64,000 nucleotides of DNA from Bacteroidales bacterium (GTDB lineage Bacteria; Bacteroidota; Bacteroidia; Bacteroidales; UBA10428): positions 6,456,926 through 6,520,925 of the forward strand of contig CBDDKV010000002.1 of the NCBI GenBank assembly GCA_965230395.1. Reading direction: 5' to 3'. The position numbers were made by a program, and so were the translations under genes. This document shows positions 48,005-56,300 of this stretch, one piece after another. The notes below the pieces were generated by a model. The model did no database searches and had not been told where the DNA came from. It saw nothing but the letters and a program-made list of their open reading frames with translations. Positions within the stretch are counted from its first letter, which is position 1; each line of letters begins with the position of its first letter.

Positions 48005-49741
48005 TTAGAAGCTCCCCTCAAAATTCATTTTCTTGTCCTCCCGTTTTACAAGGAAGTTGAACATGTAGCTGTAGGCAAAGTTTACTGAATAACGGGTTGA
48101 CGTGCCCTGTAATCCGTTGTTGTTGACCATTGCCCAACTAAGGTTGAAGTTGTGCCGCTTTTGTAAGGTGTACCCCCCGGTTAAGCGCAGGTTGACAATG
48201 TTGGCTATTGTCCCTTCATTGTTTGAGGAATTGCTGTATGTCCCAATAAATGCTGCTTTAAAACTCTCAAAAAATGCCTTTTGTACCGACAGGTTGTAAC
48301 TCATAACAGTCATGGTGGTTTCCGGCATTTTGTTGTGGTTATGGTTTACCGAGGTTGATATGTTCAAACGCTGCGGTATCAGGGAAAACTGGTACGATAA
48401 GGTTGAGTTGTATATCTGGTTCCCGACAAACCGTTCATCGTCTTCCTGTTGTTCCGATGCTTCCTGATAGGTGAACCCGGCATTCAGGTTCTGCCGTATT
48501 TGTTTAGTGCTTTGAATGATGTAGTTCAGGTTGATGGATTCTGTCAGGTTTAACTGGGTGAACGACAAAGTGTCCAGGTTCTCAAATTCGTTGGTCTGGG
48601 TTACCTCGTTGTAAATGTCTTTAATGTGGACATGCGTCTGCAAATTCGAGATGCTTCCGGCCACGTTCAGTTTCTTTGTAATTGCTGATGATACATTGGC
48701 CGAGTAAATCATCCGTGCGCTGGTGTTGGTTTTCTGTTCTTCCAGGTTGTCGCGCTGGTAACCGGCATCCATCGCAAGGTTCACCCGTTTCTTTATTGAA
48801 GTTGAAAAGTTGGCGGTGATGTTTTCAAAGTCGTTGTTGAAGTAATAGGCCCCTAATGTTTTATAATTTGGGTCCACCCTCTCATAAGTTGCCCCTATCT
48901 GCCCAATTTTCGAGCTTTGGCCTATGCTGGCCTTAAATGCATGATAAGTCGATTTGTCCCCATCGCGGGTCAAAAACAATCCCCCTTCTGATGGCAGGCT
49001 GTCAATTTTGCTGATGTCGTGGTTCATGGCACTTATGGCATATTCTGCCATAAACGACAGGTTATTGACCATTTTCAGGTTGATGGCCGCACTTCCGCAG
49101 ATGTTGTCCTGCGGTTTCAGGTAGGTGCTGTCCGGTTCCGGAAAGTAGACGGAGTTTTCACCGTCTTTTGCTTTGAACACATTGACGCTTGCATCTATTT
49201 TTTCGTTCAGGTATTCGAGTTTCAGCCCACCCCCCATGCGTTTGTAGGACGGCCCTGTCCCGGTTGTGTCCGGGTTGACTGCTTTTCTTAACCTTCCGTA
49301 CATGGCCGATATTTTAAATGTTTCTCCGGGGGTAAGTTCTACGCCTCCGCCCAGAAATTCGTGCCCTGCCAAGGTGTAGGGCGAAAAGTTCATGCTGGCA
49401 TACCCAATGTGGGTTGTTATCCATTTGTAAGATGGTGACATCGAAAAGCGGTTAAAGGGCTGGGGCAGTTGGGACGTTACCTGGTTGTTCGTATAGGCAA
49501 ACGAGAACGGCAGGTTGACCACCCCGAACAGCATGGTGTTGATGTTCCCGGACAGGTACCAGGAGTAATCGTTCCCCGGGGTGTTGGTGTCGGGTGAGAA
49601 ATTGGCGATATGGCTCATGGACACCCCGCCATTGGTTGTCATGATGGGTGCTTTTGCCACTTCTTCGATGTCCTGGGCGTTGATGTTTCCGGTAAGCGCC
49701 AGGGCTGTAATGATAAAAATAATGATTAATACTTTTTGCAT
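48005..49741 (-). CDS. Predicted outer-membrane beta-barrel protein of the TANFOR-toxin locus
   Basis: Signal peptide (INA-Q); amphipathic beta-strands throughout; ends ...SVNFAYSYMF...EGSF. Confidence 0.7.
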   Translation of the reverse strand: MQKVLIIIFIITALALTGNINAQDIEEVAKAPIMTTNGGVSMSHIANFSPDTNTPGNDYSWYLSGNINTMLFGVVNLPFSFAYTNNQVTSQLPQPFNRFSMSPSYKWITTHIGYASMNFSPYTLAGHEFLGGGVELTPGETFKISAMYGRLRKAVNPDTTGTGPSYKRMGGGLKLEYLNEKIDASVNVFKAKDGENSVYFPEPDSTYLKPQDNICGSAAINLKMVNNLSFMAEYAISAMNHDISKIDSLPSEGGLFLTRDGDKSTYHAFKASIGQSSKIGQIGATYERVDPNYKTLGAYYFNNDFENITANFSTSIKKRVNLAMDAGYQRDNLEEQKTNTSARMIYSANVSSAITKKLNVAGSISNLQTHVHIKDIYNEVTQTNEFENLDTLSFTQLNLTESINLNYIIQSTKQIRQNLNAGFTYQEASEQQEDDERFVGNQIYNSTLSYQFSLIPQRLNISTSVNHNHNKMPETTMTVMSYNLSVQKAFFESFKAAFIGTYSNSSNNEGTIANIVNLRLTGGYTLQKRHNFNLSWAMVNNNGLQGTSTRYSVNFAYSYMFNFLVKREDKKMNFEGSF

Positions 49742-49849
49742 GGTTTTGTTTGCTGCTTCTTAATTTAACCTTTGTGTTATTTACGTGGCATACATTCTTT
49801 GCTTTTCAAATTTCGACGGCAGGTGCCACGCCACCCCCGTCTTTGTGTT

Positions 49850-49895
49850 CCCAGGGCGTTGCCCCGGGCTAAATTGGCCTGCCCTTTCAGGGCGG
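49850..49895. repeat. REP-like GC-rich palindromic element
   Basis: CCCAGGGCGTTGCCCCGGG followed by GCCCTTTCAGGGC. Confidence 0.6.
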
Positions 49896-49939
49896 TCCCA
49901 AACTCCCTGGCCGACAGCTTTAAACACATAAAACTTCAC

Positions 49940-49980
49940 CCATAACCCATAACCCATAATTCATAACTCATAATTATATA
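49940..49980. repeat. Heptamer tandem repeat (CCCATAA/CTCATAA units)
   Basis: CCCATAA CCCATAA CCCATAA TTCATAA CTCATAA TTATATA, immediately after the Fn3 gene stop. Confidence 0.8.
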
Positions 49981-52038
49981 TCACATTTTCACTGTTATCG
50001 TTTTGCTTAGGGCCGATGTGCTTCCATCGCCGTAGACTGCTTTGATGGCATACCGATATGTTTTTTCTGGCCTGATTTTTTTGTCCATGAATATATCTTC
50101 TTCGGAGTTTCCGTATAGGCGGAGCTGTCCGTCCCCCTCCGCACGGTATACCAATATGCGTTTTACTTCTTTTTCTGACTCTATCTTCCAGGTGAGTTTC
50201 ACCCTGTCGGTCTGTGCCCGTTTCTTTAGTTTGATGCTTTCGGTTATGCCTGATGGCATCTTGAAATACCCCGTGTTTGATGGCGGCGATTGCAGTTTGC
50301 TGTCATCTATTGCTGTTACGTAATACACATATTCTTTCCCGGCTTCGGTCTGTTTGTCTGTAAAGGTTGAACGGGTTTCCGGTTGCTTTTCTATTGTCCC
50401 GATTTTCTGGTACAGGCTGTCTGTCATTTCTTTCCGGTAAACATGGTGGTGTATGACATCGGTACTGGAGCTGTTTACCCAGGTTAGTTCCGGGTTGCCG
50501 TCTTTTCCTTCGATGTTTTTAAGTACCGGGGAGACTGGTGGTATAATGTCCGGGCGTTTTAGGGTCAATAATTCGGAGAATGCCGACTGGTTCTGGCGTA
50601 CATCCACGGCTTTTACTTTGTAGTAAATGTTTTTCGTTAATGTTTTTATGTTGATGGAATCGGTAAATACGGTGTCCTTTATTACTGCCGGGGCTGCCAG
50701 CATAAACTCAAACTTTGGGTTGTTTGCCCGGTAAACCCGGTAGCCTTCCAAATCCTCATCACTGTTTGGTAGCCAGGTGATGGCCACTTTTCCGGTGCTG
50801 TCTACTTTTCCCAAAAGTCCTGTTGGTGGTCCCGGCGGGAAGCTGTCTACCCGCTCGGCATAGGTTTTTATGGATGAGAATTTTTCCGTCTGCTGGTTGT
50901 AGACTGAAATCATGTAGTAATTCGTAAAGTTGGCCGTGCTGTCGGTAAATTCCCGGCTTTCCGGTTCTTTTCCTTCATAGACCAGTTTTTTTCTTCCCTT
51001 TGGTTTTGTGGAGCGGTATAGCTTAAACCCGGAAATATATCCGTTCATTTTTTGTGGGTATTCCCATTGCAGTTTTACCTCTTTGTTGTCGATAACCTGG
51101 TGGTCTGTTATTACTGGCGCTGTTGTTATGGGCAATGTCCCGGTCCCGAAAACAGAATCTGATGGCGGGCCAACTTCCCCAAAGGCACTGGTCCCCCTTA
51201 CCCTGTAATAAAAGGTTGTCCTGTTGTCGGGAAAGGTGTCTGTTTTGTACATCCTGTCCGGGTTTACGCCCTTATCTGATACCTGTACAATGGCATTCTC
51301 ACTGGCCCTTTTGTATGTCTTGCCCCCGTCTGTCGATTTTTCCAGTATGTAGCTGTTGTAAATATGGTTGAGGTACTGGATGTTCCATGACAGGTTGGCT
51401 TCCTTGTCTTTCCATTCGGCTTTTAATCCTATGGGTTTTGGCAATGGCTGGTATTCGGACAGGCCGGTAAATGCAAATGCCGTATCGCTTGCCAGTGAAT
51501 CCGGGCAGTTGATATAGACCCTGTACAGGTATTTTTCGTCCGGTTTTGCGGTTTTGTCCGCAAGGTACAGCCCCGAAAGTTCTGCTGCCGTTAGTGACTG
51601 GTCGGCAGCGAATAAGGCAAAACTGAACCTGTGTTTTTCTTCCTTGTACTTTTTGTAGGCGATATGCGGGTTGCCTGCCGCTGGTATATCTTTATAATAA
51701 GAACCATAGATACACTCGGCCGCTATTCCAATGTATTTGTTGCCGTCTACGTGTCTTTCCCATTTCTCTAATGGTGCCGGCTTGTATGGCTCCGGGGTAA
51801 GGGTTGTTTCCGGGATGTCTTTAGGGATTTTCTTACCCTGCAAAACAGTGTAGCGCTTTACAATGTAGCCGTATTCATTCCCTAACCGCCAGGTTTTACT
51901 GTTTGCCGGTGCCCAGCGCAGCAGGATAGAATTCTGACGCGGGGAACACAGGAGCTGGATGTTTTCTTTTTGCGCCTGTACTTTTATGCTTATTGCCAAT
52001 ACTGCTATTAGTAGTGCTTTGTATTTACTTTTAAACAT
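49981..52038 (-). CDS. Secreted multi-fibronectin type III domain protein
   Basis: Signal peptide (VQA-Q); repeated Fn3 patterns (ILLRWAP, LSWN...YILEKS, ITWLPNSDEDLEGYRVYR, YYKVKAVD, YRYAIKAVY). Confidence 0.88.
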   Translation of the reverse strand: MFKSKYKALLIAVLAISIKVQAQKENIQLLCSPRQNSILLRWAPANSKTWRLGNEYGYIVKRYTVLQGKKIPKDIPETTLTPEPYKPAPLEKWERHVDGNKYIGIAAECIYGSYYKDIPAAGNPHIAYKKYKEEKHRFSFALFAADQSLTAAELSGLYLADKTAKPDEKYLYRVYINCPDSLASDTAFAFTGLSEYQPLPKPIGLKAEWKDKEANLSWNIQYLNHIYNSYILEKSTDGGKTYKRASENAIVQVSDKGVNPDRMYKTDTFPDNRTTFYYRVRGTSAFGEVGPPSDSVFGTGTLPITTAPVITDHQVIDNKEVKLQWEYPQKMNGYISGFKLYRSTKPKGRKKLVYEGKEPESREFTDSTANFTNYYMISVYNQQTEKFSSIKTYAERVDSFPPGPPTGLLGKVDSTGKVAITWLPNSDEDLEGYRVYRANNPKFEFMLAAPAVIKDTVFTDSINIKTLTKNIYYKVKAVDVRQNQSAFSELLTLKRPDIIPPVSPVLKNIEGKDGNPELTWVNSSSTDVIHHHVYRKEMTDSLYQKIGTIEKQPETRSTFTDKQTEAGKEYVYYVTAIDDSKLQSPPSNTGYFKMPSGITESIKLKKRAQTDRVKLTWKIESEKEVKRILVYRAEGDGQLRLYGNSEEDIFMDKKIRPEKTYRYAIKAVYGDGSTSALSKTITVKM

Positions 52039-52073
52039 GAAATTAAAAATCATTACTTTTTATTTTTTTCTAG

Positions 52074-52336
52074 CTGCCCTTTCGGATTTGAAATCCGAAA
52101 GCTTTGGACTGTGGATTTGTAATCTACCCTATTCAACCTCTTTAATTAGACCTATTCCTCCGTTATAATCCCGGGCAGAGTGTTTCAAATAATATTTGTA
52201 TCCGTCTGATATTTTATTCTTTATTCCCATTCAGTTTTATACTATTTTGCTACAAAACTTGCTGTTCTATTTCTAAATACCGGGGTTGCAAATCCCCGGC
52301 TCTTTCTTCTGGATTGCAAATTCGGAAGAGCGGGAG
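52074..52336. repeat. REP/REPIN-like element: two pairs of GGATTTG-A-AATCC hairpins in inverted orientation
   Basis: CTTTCGGATTTGAAATCCGAAAG (52079-52101), GTGGATTTGTAATCTAC, CCGGGGTTGCAAATCCCCGG (52280-52299) and TCTTCTGGATTGCAAATTCGGAAGA (52305-52329). Confidence 0.7.
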
Positions 52337-52375
52337 TTTATAAAACTTTAACCACTTTTTTACTCAGTCTAAAAC

Positions 52376-53383
52376 CTAATCATTACGTTTCTCAAATACA
52401 TGAAAAGTGTTATCTCTTGTAAGCACATATAAAACCGAATCATATACTTGAATATCTACCACTTGTCCATTCTTTGGTTTAAAGTTATAAACCCATTTAA
52501 GGTTATTATTATTTAAATCCAATATACCTACTCTGGAAAAGTTTTCCCCAATGTTTTGTACAAAGTAAAATTCGTTATCTTGAACAACAAATTTATTTGG
52601 CCAAATCTGAAGTTTCTGTCTTTTTAAAACACTTATATAATCAATTGATTTACTTTTTAAAGTAACAGGATCCAAAATTTGAACTTGGTTCGGATATCTT
52701 ACACAATACAGTTGATTATTGAATTTTATGAAATTCCCTCCAAAATTATCAATTTTTTCAATTACGTTTCCAGTTTTTCTATTTAAACAAAAAGTAGCTG
52801 ATTGCTTCTCTGATGAAGCATAAAAGATAAGTCGATCTTTGATAACAATTACATCAGATTGGATTTGAGTATTCACTCCTAATAATTGTTCTAAACCATA
52901 TCTCCAAAGAATTTCACCATCAATTAAAGATTGACAAACCAATCCATTTGAAAACTTTAAGAATGATTCGCTTTTGAAAACTGCTTTCAATCTTCCGTCA
53001 GATAAAGAACAATAGTCTTTGATAGTATTTGTTTGAATGTTGAATGTTGAAATGATCACTTCATCACCCATTCCTTTTTCAAACCAAATTTCATCATCAT
53101 TAATTTGAACTGGAAATATATCCATTTCCAGAGAATCTGTAACTTCTCCTGTCTTTTTACTAACCTTCCTTAATAACTGATATTGATGAAAGGGAAGTAT
53201 ATAATTCTTGTTACTAAATGACAACCACTGTGTTTCTAATTCTGGTGTCATCCATACCAAGTTATTTAAATTATCATATTTACACAGTTTCGAATCAACC
53301 GTAAACAGGTATATCCCGTTTTCTTCAATTAATGAAATTGAGCCAATATTATTTAAAGATTGAATTAAATAATGTATCATCAT
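52376..53383 (-). CDS. Putative immunity protein, PQQ-like beta-propeller
   Basis: No signal peptide; very AT-rich; overlaps the toxin stop by 35 bp; propeller-blade motifs CQSLIDGEILWRY, CLNRKTGNV and LDLNNNNLKWVY. Confidence 0.65.
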   Translation of the reverse strand: MMIHYLIQSLNNIGSISLIEENGIYLFTVDSKLCKYDNLNNLVWMTPELETQWLSFSNKNYILPFHQYQLLRKVSKKTGEVTDSLEMDIFPVQINDDEIWFEKGMGDEVIISTFNIQTNTIKDYCSLSDGRLKAVFKSESFLKFSNGLVCQSLIDGEILWRYGLEQLLGVNTQIQSDVIVIKDRLIFYASSEKQSATFCLNRKTGNVIEKIDNFGGNFIKFNNQLYCVRYPNQVQILDPVTLKSKSIDYISVLKRQKLQIWPNKFVVQDNEFYFVQNIGENFSRVGILDLNNNNLKWVYNFKPKNGQVVDIQVYDSVLYVLTRDNTFHVFEKRND

Positions 53384-56300
53384 TAAACTTATTTATAAAA
53401 TCATCAATGTTTCTTATTTTGACATCTGGGAAAAATGATTGTAGCTTTCCATCATTAAATAATGGTTTCAGTGCATCTTTCCCCTTTTTTGAAGAAAGAT
53501 AATTAATCAAATCTGATTTAGAAAGCTTAGAATTGCCAAGTTGTTTCCATGATATTTGAGATAAATAATTTGCATTAAATAAATCTCTCTCAATAAACTC
53601 GTCTATTATTTCATCCTTGTTAATTTTTCGGTCCATCCATTTTACTTCAACATACTTCGGGCGGTTACCTCCAATTTCTATATCAATTTTTGAATTACGA
53701 TTGGTTTGTCGAATATTTGGAACATCTAGTTCAAACGTAAGATTTTTACCTTTGTATTCATTTATATTTTCCGTTATCTCTTTAATTACTCCATGAGCTC
53801 CTTTTCGTTTTTGAATAGTGGTCCTTTTAGATAATTGGTCAACAATTTTACTAAAGTCATTAAGATGAGTTCCTTTGTTTTTTTTAATAAAATTGGTCAA
53901 TAAATTCAGCTGTTCAAGAACATTTGCATATCCATGCGGAGAATAGTGTCCTGCAATATTTCCCAGTATCTCGTCAGTTAATCCTAAATTGAGCCTATGT
54001 GTATTGCTTCGTAGATTATTTAATGCCTCTATTGCATCCATATTTCGGGTTAATGCCTTTGAAAGATCTCCACTTCCTGTACGTCCATTTCTATAAAGAA
54101 TATCCCAGCTATCCACTAATCCAGAATTTGCATCAAATTTGTGAAGCTTTTGAGAACTATTTCCAAAGCCTGCCATAAATTCATCCCACTTCTTAGTACT
54201 CCATCCGGAGAAAGGTGTTTTATTCTTTAATGAGGCAATAATTTCATCAACTGAGCCAATAGTCTGGTCAATAATTTCATCAAGCTTTTTAAGTTTATCG
54301 GTATCATCAGATAATTTAGATATTTCCTTTATCTGATCTTTAGAAATTTTCTTTTCCTTGTAAAGCTTTGTAAATAGATCTGACTTTCCTTTTAATAGAG
54401 CAGGATCAGTAAATTTTAATAGTCCTGCAGCTGCTTCATCATAGAGGTCTGCTTTTGATAAAACTTTAATGAATTTTTTACTATTATCAAATATCCAGAC
54501 AGATCCCTTATAAACTACTTTTATCAATTCAGGTCCATACTTAAACACAACAGAACCGACCCCAACTGCTGCAAGACCAACGGAATATGCGGTTATATTA
54601 TCAATATCCCCTCTAAAAGAAGAATATGCCAAACCAGCTACATCCGCAAAATTATCTACTATTGGAATTAGACCTGCAAGATCAATTATTGTATATATTA
54701 TCGGATCTATCACCGACAACTTCGAAAATCCATATATGTATTTATCCAGATCCTGGTAATTATCGTGAGGGTCATCAGCATCACTGCTTCCAAAAGCAAT
54801 ATTTAATTCATTCCACCACTCCAGAAATCCACTTGTTACAAATGCCTGCTTTGTTGCAAACATCATCACGTTTTCTTTTGTAATGTATTTTTCCTTAAAG
54901 ATTTTTGATGTTACTCTTTCCCAACCATTAGGATCATTTTTGGCCTGCTCAAGTAAATTAATTACCTGAATATCATACTCAAATTTTTCTATATCATAAT
55001 TTGGGTTCTTTATGGTTGAACCTCCCCCTGCAGATGCGATGAAAATATATTCGTCTGGTTTATTCAGTTTCCTGATTCTATCAAACTCAGGTCTTTTGTA
55101 AAATGTCACAGTATTAATGTATGAATAACCATACTCATTCCCGTTATCCTTTTCATCGTATGAGATTGTACCATCGGCATTTAAACATGCTACAAATTGC
55201 CTGCAAGGTTTTTCCAACCACTTGTATGCCCCAATTATGTATTGATAGGTAGTTTTATAGTCTCCATCATAAAAATCCTTTTTAAGAATATGAGAGGCAT
55301 CATGTATACCGGGCATCATGTATTGCCATTTAACACCTGTGATATATTTTTCAACACTTGTAAACGGAAGAACGATAAGTATTGTGTTCTCCTGGAAATT
55401 AGCCGGTAAATTTGGACTTGCTGCTTCATAAACGGAAGTTGAAAAATCATTAGCAAGAGAATAATTATTATCGTAATCAAAAATGAACGGAACATACCCC
55501 GCTATAACGAAAATCGTTTTTCCGGTTTCTTCTTTTAAATACTGTAGTTTATGTTCAAGTAATGAAAGGTTTTCAACTCTGTTTTCAAATTGAAGTAAGT
55601 CTGCATTTATTATATGATAGAATTTATCTCCATATAAATTAGGGTCATTTTTAGCTGTTGGATATTTATTGGCCGCAGAAACTAATACCTCTGCAAATTT
55701 GTTTATGTATTCATTGGAAAGTTCTTTCTGGACTTCGTTATCAACCTCTTTTTTTATATCAAATCCTGTAGGTTTGAATTTTTCTTCAAATACCTTTTTA
55801 GCACGAATATTACAGGCAGCCTTATCTTTTAAAGATCCAAATTTACTTTTATATTCATCACTAAATATTAGCTTTTCTTCATCTATTGTACCTGTACCCG
55901 TTTTATTTCCATCTTCCAATCGATCTTTAACATGTTTGAATTTTATATTATATAGTTCAACCTTGCACTTACCTATATACCCAAGTACAACATCTGAATC
56001 ATCTGTTAAAGTAGCAGTTTGATTATCTACAACGCATTCCGGCTTGTCATCTGTGTACTTGTATCTTTTATTAATTTTTTCTTCTGCCGGATTTATAAGT
56101 TTCGAATAACCATGGAACTCTTTCGTTTTTCTATGATAAATTCCGGTATATTTTTGTTTGCCTATAAAATAAGCTGTAACAGCACCTTCAGGAATATCAT
56201 CATTTATGCCAACAAAAGAAATAGAGGTTACTCCATCGGGTAAAGTAAAAGGTATACCTGCCGGAGTAAGACACGTAATTTTACCTTCTAATTCTACACC

